Positions 29,101 to 37,444 of a DNA stretch of 64,000 bases are shown piece after piece. Origin of the DNA: Victivallales bacterium (GTDB lineage Bacteria > Verrucomicrobiota > Lentisphaeria > Victivallales > UBA1829); NCBI GenBank assembly GCA_045594005.1, contig JAZNXT010000057.1, positions 3,151-67,150 on the forward strand, in the 5' to 3' direction. The notes below the pieces were generated by a model that was not told the DNA's origin, ran no database searches, and saw nothing but the letters and a program-made list of their open reading frames with translations. Both the position numbers and the translations under genes were made by a program. The first letter of the stretch is position 1; each line of letters starts with the position of its first letter.

Positions 29101-31759
29101 TGTAAAAGGAGAAGACGGCGATCTTTCCAATTATTCCTACGACATGCTGGGCGGCAAAAACACGGTCAATGTGGGTACCGGTGTCGTTCTGGAAATGATT
29201 GATATCAAGAACGCAACAACTGTGACCATTGCCAATGGCGTGGCAGGCGATGCCACATCTACCGGGATGACGCTTACCGGCGCACTGGTCACCTCTGCGG
29301 GTGCGGCAACGGTCAAAGCAGGCAACTTCACCACCACGGTGATCAAAGGCGTGAAACAGGAAGACGGCTCCTATGTTGCCATCGGCAAAAATCAGAACGG
29401 GGGGAACAATACGATCTCCTTCGGCAATGGAGCATCTGCAGAATTGGGCGGTGACCTGATCGCGGTCAAGAGTCTGACGCTGGGGAACAGTACGGCAGAC
29501 GATACCGCCATTCTCACAGTGGGCTACCACGACGGCAACTCTTATATCGGCGGATCCGGCAATATTTACGGACAGAACAGCAACAACTCGATCAAAACAG
29601 GCACCTGGTCCACAGCCAATATTTACGGAAACATCGATCTCGGCGGCGGAGCCAACACCATTACCGTGGGCGGGTTCAGCATTTTCAATGTGGACAGTGT
29701 GAAGAATGTAAAAACATTCACAGTCGGCAACGGCGGTTTGAACAAACTGAATTCCGGCAGCTGGGATCGTTCTGAAGTGACGATCGACGGCAACTACGAA
29801 GCACCGCTGATGGCAAATGCGATCACCATCGGGAACTATGCAGACATGACCATTACCGGCGTGATCAACAACGGCGGTGTGATGTCTGCTTCCGGAACCA
29901 CCATCAAAGTCGGCTCTGCAAGTACTCTTTCCGTGGGTGCGACGGCAGCATCACTGGTGGCACCGGGTGCAACAGTGCTGGCGATCGACGGACTGGCAGG
30001 ACTGACGCTCTCTGCGGGAAAAATGGATGAAACGAGCATGATCGCTACGGAAGCGGATGTTTACGGAAGCATCACGGGAACGGAAGCAAAAGACATGATC
30101 AGTCTTGCTGCGAACAGCTCTCTGTATGTCAAAGGTTCCATGGATCTGTTGGGTGGAGCGAATGCGGTGACTGTTGCGGCAAAAGCGGCACTTTCCGTGG
30201 AAGGGGATCTGCAGAATGTCAATGCACTGACGCTGGGTGCAGGCGGTGTCAACAAAGGCGATGAAGTTGTTACCAGCGGTGAAAACAAAGCGATCGTAAC
30301 GATCAATGGCAATCTTACGGGTTCGGAAGGCAGCAACAAGCTCACTGTCGGCAACCATGCAGAATTCAGTGCAAGCAACATTTATCTTTCCGAACTGGGT
30401 GGAAACTTTACGGTTACAGTCGGTTCCAATGCAAAATTTGAATCCGGTGTGATCGAAGGCGTGAACAAACTGACCATCGGCAACGGGATCGCGTTCGCCT
30501 ACGAAGCGGGCGGCGCGAAAGATCAGGTATATACGCAGTTTGCATCCGGTATGATCTCCGGCACCACCGGCAATGATACGATCACCATTGGAAATTATAC
30601 CGATACCTCCATTGCCGCGTTCAGTCTCGGCAAGGGAAATGATACTGTGAAGATCGGCAACTTCAACAGCCAGGGAAACAACTATGAAGCAGATGTGAAT
30701 ATCCTCGGCGGGATCGATCTCGGTGCGGGCAAAAACACCCTTTCCATCGGGACACAGAGCTGCCTGAACACTGCCATGATCGAAGGTGTGAACAATCTGA
30801 GTCTGGCGGCAGGAAAAGCAACAGCAGACGGCAATTATTACACCGAGATCTACTGCTCCGGGATCACCGGTTCGGAACTCGCAGACACCATCACCATCGG
30901 CAAACTGGCAAATCTGATCGTGGACGGCGATATCGACCTGACCTCCGGGGAAGAAGCCGGCATGAAGAATGCGATCAATCTGGGTTCACTGGGGACACTG
31001 CAGGCTGGCGATGTGACGGGTGTGAACAAACTGACCGTCGGAGCAGGAACTTACGACAAGGCTGCCGGAACTGTGGACGAGTGGACCGTTCTGGATATCA
31101 ACGATCTGACCGGTACCGAGCTGGATGATGTGTTCTCTGCAGGAAATTACTCTCTGTTCTCCGTGGACAGCATCGACGGCGCAGGCTCCGTGAAGGGCGA
31201 TAAGCTGACGATCGGTCAGGGCGTGACCGCGATCTTCCGCGGGACAATCTCCAACATTGATTCCATTGCAATCGGCAACAATACAGAAGTTTATGCCTCC
31301 AAAGAAGCCATGAACATCCTGAAAGATGCAGCCGGTGACAATGAAACCATCAAGTGGTACGATATCGGTTCTGCAGATGCGGCAAAAGGCTTCACCGACG
31401 CGAAAAGCGAAAATGCCGATGACGAAGGAATCGACACACGGGAAGGTGCGGTTTTCCAGAACGGAACCAACGGCTGGCTCTCCAACGGCGATATTCAGGA
31501 TTTTGTGGACTACATCCAGTTGAGCGATGACGGCACATGGGAAATCACGGATGCCGGCGGCAACCTGAATGTGACTCTCCATGAAATCACCACTTCCGGT
31601 CTGACAGAGATCACCACGGCTGCCAATGTTTCCTATGAAGACGGCAAATGGACCATTTCCGATTATGATGCGGAAACCATGGTCGTCTGTGTGGAAATCG
31701 CGAAAGTGGATGAGGTTACCAAAAAAGGTACATTCGGTTACACCACCACTCTTGCATGA
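26186..31759 (+). CDS. Giant (1,857 aa) leaderless Thr/Gly/Asn/Ser-rich repeat protein, probable beta-helical surface or secreted protein
   Basis: A single uninterrupted ORF. No N-terminal signal peptide (MSAGMITAQEIFLIFERNTGD). Three module heads of the type NG-x-x-YT-x-G...A-V occur at aa 22, 431 and 601. A C-terminal array of G-x-N-T-I-x-x-G and V-N-x-L-T-x-G-x-G motifs spans aa 989-1700. Almost Cys-free. Confidence 0.85.
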   Translation: MSAGMITAQEIFLIFERNTGDVITVNGTEYTVGNGSSFDSVADAVEADAIKTSNTDAVIFTNLGTTKEDISSLDPLYGQTAGANLIFNGAFSGSLRGTVSTDGTAGIVLLTFSGSDTVGAFDYFAPWDRAVTDGGLYITVSNGAKVTGDTAVFVSGSEMLVTGRGSQFHTDDLVMTGGLLAATSDSTLSLAGGRIGGYGTKVAADRNSLLYMTNITVENEAQIATEDAKVFVKNALTLSGGSLLTLKNGSLTLAQDDTVITLSGGKIALKGTAEFEFSSGGIVLAAGSKNNEITVSDGASLRVGILNASAAGSDALTVKLEITEETATDQVMLTVGGLGGSWSLTEENYYVWEGTPVNVLVTLSDGFEAIDQRYKLMDAEIEYKNIKFNITQEMADLGYCVIRTADGIYLSERKIDMSTIIVNSEWAGQSGEVTYNGETYTIGTNAFATYESAVDTIKQQAEKPVSIIVNTPGSAITFSDATVSARFSGGKSAVTDVTVTAGDIGVSWDGSLAYTGNVSGTFKVDFTGFNDANLDKESVYTLLYGAEATGSSSVTLVNEDSLIAGWNQKVVDGSVLLWNDALFADADLVIDATLADKKQGYTYTVNGKSYTYGLTAYTSVSTAKASELTTSNPASVTFVGDTGMSDISGLNSGDKAWTGMNITVTGDLSYAGNIPVGEEGYPTGSLKVQGKISGTMDATITINCSNNSDKLLVTNGIEGVSKITATVTGEGNDKISLGAITGGSGEKVMEIISSDVTATSVTGNVKVSGNLNVKDVSAAGDLTAGSIILSGSSALKINEKLVLEDGGNTASKATDLITTDSGDAAELLLSASDTLTISNLTVKKDLTIGDMENGYTGLVLLTGKNTTLTVDAGKTLTISAEQAIRFMKFKNFNIGSGAKLVIKGGALNVEEMNEATEFFKGKNFSNVGFEDTTLSDVENITVNAKGSSLDDISGIFNSGTFNGTVGNNKLDIVKGEDGDLSNYSYDMLGGKNTVNVGTGVVLEMIDIKNATTVTIANGVAGDATSTGMTLTGALVTSAGAATVKAGNFTTTVIKGVKQEDGSYVAIGKNQNGGNNTISFGNGASAELGGDLIAVKSLTLGNSTADDTAILTVGYHDGNSYIGGSGNIYGQNSNNSIKTGTWSTANIYGNIDLGGGANTITVGGFSIFNVDSVKNVKTFTVGNGGLNKLNSGSWDRSEVTIDGNYEAPLMANAITIGNYADMTITGVINNGGVMSASGTTIKVGSASTLSVGATAASLVAPGATVLAIDGLAGLTLSAGKMDETSMIATEADVYGSITGTEAKDMISLAANSSLYVKGSMDLLGGANAVTVAAKAALSVEGDLQNVNALTLGAGGVNKGDEVVTSGENKAIVTINGNLTGSEGSNKLTVGNHAEFSASNIYLSELGGNFTVTVGSNAKFESGVIEGVNKLTIGNGIAFAYEAGGAKDQVYTQFASGMISGTTGNDTITIGNYTDTSIAAFSLGKGNDTVKIGNFNSQGNNYEADVNILGGIDLGAGKNTLSIGTQSCLNTAMIEGVNNLSLAAGKATADGNYYTEIYCSGITGSELADTITIGKLANLIVDGDIDLTSGEEAGMKNAINLGSLGTLQAGDVTGVNKLTVGAGTYDKAAGTVDEWTVLDINDLTGTELDDVFSAGNYSLFSVDSIDGAGSVKGDKLTIGQGVTAIFRGTISNIDSIAIGNNTEVYASKEAMNILKDAAGDNETIKWYDIGSADAAKGFTDAKSENADDEGIDTREGAVFQNGTNGWLSNGDIQDFVDYIQLSDDGTWEITDAGGNLNVTLHEITTSGLTEITTAANVSYEDGKWTISDYDAETMVVCVEIAKVDEVTKKGTFGYTTTLA

Positions 31760-31782
31760 TCCATTCGGCTGAACACAACAGC

Positions 31783-31821
31783 AACGCGGTCCACGGGGCG
31801 ATCCGGCGGACCGCGTTTTTT
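31783..31821 (+). terminator. Intrinsic terminator of the giant gene
   Basis: AACGCGGTCC (31783-31792) pairs with GGACCGCGTT (31808-31817) and runs into T6 (31816-31821). Confidence 0.75.
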
Positions 31822-32008
31822 CATACGCGGCAAGTACACTAAATTACAAAATAATTAGGAAAAATAATACTTTTTTTGACCAAAAAAAGAATTTTCCATT
31901 TGACTAATTGCATTTCCGCGTGTATTTTAAAAAGGAAATAAAGATGAAGAATATCAACAAAAAAAGCTGATCCGGAAGGGTCGGATTGGGAAAGGAGTTT
32001 TTTTTCCG

Positions 32009-33436
32009 ATGAAAAATATGACATTGAAATTATTTTCTGCGGCGGCGTTGACGGGGCTGCTGTTGATTTCTGAAGGGTGTGTATCTTCCAAGACACCGGT
32101 TGCGATCTCCCGCGGCACATATACTGAAATTCTGAAAGAAGAACATCAGACACTTCCGAAAGATATCGGGATGCTGACGCTGGATGAAGCGCAGAACATT
32201 GCGATCCAGAACAATCCTTCGTTCAAGAGTGCGTATTACGCGATCGAAGCGGCACGGGCGCAGTATTACAAAGCATTTTCCTACTACATGCCCACAGTTT
32301 CTTTCAAATACAGTCTGGGGCAGAGTCATTCTTTTGCCCGGAATGCGGATGCGGGAGCGGATGTGCGCAATTTCTCATCCTCGCCCTCATTCGGAGCATC
32401 CCTGCTGGTTTTTGACAGTTTCCAGCGCGAAATGAATCTTTTTGCGGCAAAACATTCCTGGAATGAAAGTGCTGCCGCGCAGGAAGACGCGCGCCGTCTG
32501 CTGCTGCGTTCTGTGGCATTTGCCTACAACGAAGTGCTGCTTGCCAATGCGAAGACCCGGATTGCCAAAGCCAATATGCGTTACAACCTGGATCTTCTGA
32601 AAGAAACAGAACTCAAATTTGAAGCGGGTGCATCTCCTCTTTCCGATGTTCTCAACTTCAAAGTGAACTACAACTCTGCGGAAAGCACCCGTTATTCTGC
32701 GGAATACGCGGCAGTGGCGGCGAAACTGGCTCTGGCACAGCTGCTGGGTCTGACGGAAGGGACGATCCCGGATTCTGTCAGTTTCCCGCTGATGCCGTCG
32801 CCCGACGGAGAAATGCTGGCGGGTATCGAATTTTATCTGGACCAGGCACTGAAGAACCGTCCCGACCTGAAGCAGTACCGTGAAGCCTATGAAGTGGCGA
32901 AATACAATTACTATTCCAGCATCGGAGCGTTCGGTCCGACCGTATCCTTTGATGTTTCTCTCAATTACGGGGACAATCACCGCTGGAGCAAAAACAAATG
33001 GGCGGAAAATGAAGATGATTCCGGCGTGATCCGTACTTCTCCCGAAAGTTGGGGTCTGGATTACGGCATGACGATCTCCTGGGAGATTTTCTCCGGCGGC
33101 AGAACTTATTTCACCATGCGTGCGGCACAGGCGAATCTGAATGCGGTGGATTTTCAGGTGGCGAATGTGTGGAGCAATGTGATTGCCGACGTGCGTACTG
33201 CCTATGAAAATTATCAGACCAACCTCAAGCAGGTGAAGCTGAACCAGAAGAATCTGGAACTGGTGCGGAAACAGCGCGATCTGGTGAATCTGGAATACAA
33301 CGCCGGATCCACGGGGATCACCCGTCTCAACGAAGCACAGACTGCTTTTATCAATGCGGAAAACGCGCTTGCTGAAGCGGTCATCAATATGCACAATGCA
33401 AAAGCACAGCTTCAGGCTGCGACCAACGAACTGTAA
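32009..33436 (+). CDS. TolC-family outer membrane factor (OMF) lipoprotein
   Basis: 475 aa. Signal peptide plus lipobox LLLISEGC. LTLDEAQNIAIQNNPSFKSAYYAIEAARAQ and a duplicated coiled-coil/barrel organisation typical of OMFs. No MFP, ABC or RND partner in the window. Confidence 0.85.
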   Translation: MKNMTLKLFSAAALTGLLLISEGCVSSKTPVAISRGTYTEILKEEHQTLPKDIGMLTLDEAQNIAIQNNPSFKSAYYAIEAARAQYYKAFSYYMPTVSFKYSLGQSHSFARNADAGADVRNFSSSPSFGASLLVFDSFQREMNLFAAKHSWNESAAAQEDARRLLLRSVAFAYNEVLLANAKTRIAKANMRYNLDLLKETELKFEAGASPLSDVLNFKVNYNSAESTRYSAEYAAVAAKLALAQLLGLTEGTIPDSVSFPLMPSPDGEMLAGIEFYLDQALKNRPDLKQYREAYEVAKYNYYSSIGAFGPTVSFDVSLNYGDNHRWSKNKWAENEDDSGVIRTSPESWGLDYGMTISWEIFSGGRTYFTMRAAQANLNAVDFQVANVWSNVIADVRTAYENYQTNLKQVKLNQKNLELVRKQRDLVNLEYNAGSTGITRLNEAQTAFINAENALAEAVINMHNAKAQLQAATNEL

Positions 33437-33460
33437 TTTCAGGAAAGTATAAGGATCATT

Positions 33461-35053
33461 ATGGAATTCCGTGCAAGATTCGCACCGTCCCCCACGGGAC
33501 AGGTTCATATCGGTAATATCAGAACTGCGATTTTCAACTGGCTCTGCTGCCGTCACAGCGGCGGAACCTTCCTGCTCCGTGTGGAAGACACCGACCTGGA
33601 GCGTTCCACAAAAGAAGCCATCGACACGCTGCTGGAATGTATGGAATGGCTGGGTTTGGATTACGATGAAGAACCCATGTATCAGACGAAACAGCTTGCA
33701 AAACATCTTGCTGCGGCGGACAAACTGCAGAGCATGGGTTGTGCTTACAAAGCGGAACCGGATGCGGAAAAATCGCCGGTCTATTTCCGGATCCCCTGCG
33801 ATTGTGATGCGTTCCCCTTTGTGCGGACGCTGGGGAATGGGGAAACTGCACTTGCACCGGAACAGAAACTGCTTGTGAACCGTGCAGGTTTGACCTTTTT
33901 CACCCTCAATGCCAAAGGCAAGGCGGTGGAAACGCAGGCATGTCTTGCCGGGTTCAAAGATCTGAAGGTCTTTGATGGTGCGGGCGACGAGATTTTTGCA
34001 TTGAACGAACAGACGCTTCCTGCCATTCTGGACGGCAGTAATGTTTTTGAAACGGAGTCTGCCGCAAAGATCACCTACACGAAACGGGAAGTGTTTTATC
34101 ACGACCTGGTGAAAGGCGATCTGGCGAAACCGCTTGACAGTATGCGCGATTTCATTATCATCCGCAGTGACGGAAGCCCGGTCTTCCATCTGGCGAATGT
34201 GTGGGACGATATCGATCAGAATGTTACCCACATCGTCCGCGGAGATGACCATGTGGAAAACACCTACCGTCACCTTTTCCTGTTCCATCTGCTGGGACAC
34301 GAAGTGCCGGTTTACGCGCACTTGCCTATGATCGTGAACAAACAGGGCAAACCGTACAGCAAACGGGACGGTGATGCTTTTGTGGGGGATTTCCGGGACA
34401 AAGGGATCCTGCCGGAAGCACTGTTCAATTATCTGACGCTGATCGGCTGGGCACCGGGCGACGGTCGGGAAAAAATGACCAAAGCGGAATTGATCGAAGC
34501 CTTCAACATTGAACGGGCGCAGCACTCTGCGGCACAGTTCGACAGTGCAAAACTTGCCAATATGAACGGTCTTTACATTGCCGAAATGGACGATGACAGA
34601 TTCATTGACATGGCATGGAAATTTGCCGGCCGGTATCCGTGGCAGGCGACAGCCGATAAAGCGATTTTCGATGAAGCTGCGAAACTGATGAAGACCCGTA
34701 CAAAAGTCTTTACCGATCTGGAAGGATGGGGCTATTTCTTTGCGCCGCCGCAGGAATTTGATGCCAAAGGCGTGCGGAAATTCATGAGTTCGGAAGAACA
34801 CCGCGCCGGTCTGTTGAAACTGGCAGATGCGCTGGAAGCACAAAATCCCGCCACTGCCGCTGATGTGGAAAATCTGATCCGTGCCGTGGAAACAGAATGT
34901 GGACTGGGTGAATTTCAGTTGAACCAGCCGCTGCGTGTGGCAGCCACCGGTGTTTCTGTGGGTGCGGGGATGTATGAAACCGTGGTGATCCTGGGGAATG
35001 TGGAAACGGCAAAACGGATCCGCACAGCTCTGGAAAAAAATCCTGCGGCATAA
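33461..35053 (+). CDS. gltX: Glutamyl-tRNA synthetase
   Basis: 530 aa. RFAPSPTGQVHIGNIRTAIFNWL (HIGH motif), and a GKPYSKRDG KMSKS-like loop. Confidence 0.93.
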   Translation: MEFRARFAPSPTGQVHIGNIRTAIFNWLCCRHSGGTFLLRVEDTDLERSTKEAIDTLLECMEWLGLDYDEEPMYQTKQLAKHLAAADKLQSMGCAYKAEPDAEKSPVYFRIPCDCDAFPFVRTLGNGETALAPEQKLLVNRAGLTFFTLNAKGKAVETQACLAGFKDLKVFDGAGDEIFALNEQTLPAILDGSNVFETESAAKITYTKREVFYHDLVKGDLAKPLDSMRDFIIIRSDGSPVFHLANVWDDIDQNVTHIVRGDDHVENTYRHLFLFHLLGHEVPVYAHLPMIVNKQGKPYSKRDGDAFVGDFRDKGILPEALFNYLTLIGWAPGDGREKMTKAELIEAFNIERAQHSAAQFDSAKLANMNGLYIAEMDDDRFIDMAWKFAGRYPWQATADKAIFDEAAKLMKTRTKVFTDLEGWGYFFAPPQEFDAKGVRKFMSSEEHRAGLLKLADALEAQNPATAADVENLIRAVETECGLGEFQLNQPLRVAATGVSVGAGMYETVVILGNVETAKRIRTALEKNPAA

Positions 35054-35065
35054 GGAAAATTTGTC

Positions 35066-35677
35066 ATGCTGGGACGGAATAAAACAAAAAAATTGAAGAT
35101 GGCATATCTGGGTGAAGGGATCCTGGCGGCGAAAGCCAAAAGGGTGGAAGCGATCACAGATGAGATCCGCGAACTGTCTGAAGCCATGATCCAAACCATG
35201 TACGATCATAACGGCGTGGGACTCGCGGGCAATCAGATCGGGCTGCCGCTTCAGATCGTGGTGCTGGATGTGGGAACGCCGGAAGACGAAGACGGCAACC
35301 CCCTGCCCCCATCGTCACCCGGAGAAGTGATGCTGCTGCCGAAAATGCCGTTGACGCTGATCAATCCGCAGATCACAGCATATTCGGAAGAGATCTGCGA
35401 TTATACGGAAGGCTGTTTGAGCGTACCGAAACTTTATGCGAATGTGAAACGCCCCTGCAGCGTTACCTTGCAGACACAGTTGCTGGACGGCTCGGAGATC
35501 ACCGTGGAATGTGGAGGATTTCTGGCGCGTGCGCTTCAGCATGAGATCGACCACCTGAACGGGATCGTATTTGTGCAGAAGGCGGAAGAGGAGGATTATC
35601 AGAAGATCTCCGGCGGATTGGAAAAATTGATCCGCAAGAACGGTCCCCGCGGCTTCAAGGTGAAACGGCTGGTCTGA
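35066..35677 (+). CDS. def: Peptide deformylase
   Basis: GVGLAGNQIG, EGCLSVP and HEIDHLNG motifs. The start could instead be ATG 35099. Confidence 0.92.
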   Translation: MLGRNKTKKLKMAYLGEGILAAKAKRVEAITDEIRELSEAMIQTMYDHNGVGLAGNQIGLPLQIVVLDVGTPEDEDGNPLPPSSPGEVMLLPKMPLTLINPQITAYSEEICDYTEGCLSVPKLYANVKRPCSVTLQTQLLDGSEITVECGGFLARALQHEIDHLNGIVFVQKAEEEDYQKISGGLEKLIRKNGPRGFKVKRLV

Positions 35678-35703
35678 AAACAGGGGAAAAAAGAGGTGTA
35701 CAA

Positions 35704-36690
35704 ATGAATTTCTTCCGCACAAGTTACACACTCTGCACGAAGATCTCCGCATTGGTATTTCTGACGGATATACCGCTGTGGCGCAGTATTCTGCATACAT
35801 TTCTGCTGCTGATCATCTGTTCCGTGGCGACGGCATCCTGTTCGTTGATGCTGGAATCGGGAAAAATCGATATGGCGGCAGAGAAGATCGAGCAGGAGAC
35901 CGGCGGATTTTTTGTGCATGAAAACAGACTTTTTACCGGACGGGATATTCCGGAACGCCATTTTCTGTGCAATTTACATTCCATTCCGGTGCGGGTGGAT
36001 TATTTTGCCACGGAAGACAGCGTGAAAAATGCAGAATTGAACAGCTGGAATGAACCGATGGGACTGGCGTTGACACCCACAAAAATTTTCCTGTGGAACG
36101 GAGACGGCGGTAAGCGATTTTCCGCAGGGGTCCTGGACCCGGGCATATTGCAGATGCACGATATGGATCCGGAAACAGTCAAATCCATGAATACCCGTGC
36201 GGTCAACCGGATGTATGAAACGGAAGGATTCCGTGCAGCACTGAAAGAAGCGGTATCTGCGGGGAAATCCGTTCAAAAAGAAGAAATGAAGGAAGCAGAA
36301 AGATTTGCCTGCAAGCCGGGGCTGCTGCTGAAATTCATGCTCTGGATTACGGTCTGCTTTTATACGGCGAATCAGATTTTCTTTCTGGCGGTGCTTGCGC
36401 TGCTGATCATGCCGGCGATCGAAATGCTGCGTTTCCGGGTATTGCCGAACAAATTGCCCTATCCGAAATTGATGAGTCTGACACTTTATACCACCTTTCC
36501 GGCATTTATCGCGGCGAGTATTTTTGAATCCTTTGCCAATCATGTGGTTTCGTTTCAGACCGTATTTTTTATCGTATTCATCATCTATCAGATGCTTGCT
36601 TTCGGAAAATTGATCCTGCACCTGAATCCGCTGCCGAAAAAAGATCCGCGGTCAAATGATGATGACGATTTTGATGATGACGATTTTTAA
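35704..36690 (+). CDS. Polytopic membrane protein with the acidic C-terminal tail DDDDFDDDDF
   Basis: 328 aa. An N-terminal TM, a roughly 170-aa soluble loop, three or four C-terminal TMs, and a tail encoded by a 15-bp tandem duplication (36658-36687). Family uncertain, possibly DUF1189-like. Confidence 0.7.
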   Translation: MNFFRTSYTLCTKISALVFLTDIPLWRSILHTFLLLIICSVATASCSLMLESGKIDMAAEKIEQETGGFFVHENRLFTGRDIPERHFLCNLHSIPVRVDYFATEDSVKNAELNSWNEPMGLALTPTKIFLWNGDGGKRFSAGVLDPGILQMHDMDPETVKSMNTRAVNRMYETEGFRAALKEAVSAGKSVQKEEMKEAERFACKPGLLLKFMLWITVCFYTANQIFFLAVLALLIMPAIEMLRFRVLPNKLPYPKLMSLTLYTTFPAFIAASIFESFANHVVSFQTVFFIVFIIYQMLAFGKLILHLNPLPKKDPRSNDDDDFDDDDF

Positions 36691-36707
36691 CATACAGGAG
36701 GTATGCT

Positions 36708-37439
36708 ATGAACGAAAATCTGGAAAAATGCAAATTGCAGAACTGGTATCCGAAACTGGCTGCATTCAGCCTGCCCACTCTCTTTGTGTCACTGCAGGAA
36801 GATGAAGTCCTGGCACTGGCGGATGGTGCCGACGCAGAATCCGAAATCGCACAGCGCGTCCTGCCCCGTCTGCGGCAGGTGATGAACTCCACCAACAGTT
36901 ACAACCGTTTTCTTTCCGTGGATCTGGTGGCTCCCGTGGACAGTGAACGCTTCAAAACAAAACGCGGAGCCGTGCGTTCCGCATACAGCGGCTGGAATAT
37001 TCTTGCCGGCAGTGAACGGGTACGCGAATCCGCAAAACGGGGCGAAGTGACCAATATCTGCGTGCGTCCCTTCCGGCGTATGGATATTGCACGGGAATTC
37101 CGTCTGTTCATCAAAGGGGGCAAGCTCTTTGCCATGAGTCAATACTGGCTGGTGAAACATTTTCCGAAACTGGAAAAAATGAAAGAGCAGTACTGGGAAA
37201 AAGCCGCCGCATTCGTCAGCGAAAACGCATGGGCTCTCCCCATTCAGGATGTGGCGGCAGATGTGTATTTCACTTCCAGCGGCAGGATCCTGATCATGGA
37301 TTTGAATGTATTGGAAGATCCCACCGATCCCAAAATGTTCAACAGCTGGGATAATTTCAACTGGTCCGGCGATCCCGCCGGGATCAAGATCGTACCGCCG
37401 CCCCATACGCTCAATGGCGATGTGAATGTGTCTTTCTGA
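36708..37439 (+). CDS. CDC123/D123-like ATP-grasp protein (bacterial homologue)
   Basis: 243 aa. CKLQNWYPKLAAFSLPTLFVSLQEDEVLALADG, EFRLFIKGGKLFAMSQYW and DVYFTSSGRILIMDLNVLEDPTDPKMFNSW match, from memory, the three best-conserved blocks of eukaryotic CDC123. Confidence 0.65.
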   Translation: MNENLEKCKLQNWYPKLAAFSLPTLFVSLQEDEVLALADGADAESEIAQRVLPRLRQVMNSTNSYNRFLSVDLVAPVDSERFKTKRGAVRSAYSGWNILAGSERVRESAKRGEVTNICVRPFRRMDIAREFRLFIKGGKLFAMSQYWLVKHFPKLEKMKEQYWEKAAAFVSENAWALPIQDVAADVYFTSSGRILIMDLNVLEDPTDPKMFNSWDNFNWSGDPAGIKIVPPPHTLNGDVNVSF

Positions 37440-37444
37440 AGCAC

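Noticed and set aside
26186-31759. Calling the giant protein an RTX toxin/T1SS substrate, or an autotransporter.
   Set aside because: The GNDT(I/V) sites are isolated and not in 9-residue tandem GGxGxDxUx arrays. No ABC or MFP genes are adjacent. There is no signal peptide, and I could not recognise a C-terminal beta-barrel-like segment. It is left as an unassigned repeat protein, with T1SS only as a hypothesis.
31944-31970. An 8-codon mini-ORF (MKNINKKS) with AAAGGAAA upstream, in the leader of the TolC-family gene.
   Set aside because: It is too short to evaluate and lies in A-rich sequence where such ORFs arise by chance. It is noted only as a possible uORF.
32387-35209. A 940-aa minus-strand ORF spanning the TolC-family gene, gltX and def.
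   Set aside because: It runs antisense across three separate, well-supported plus-strand genes and their intergenic gaps, and its composition is junk-like. It is a shadow ORF.
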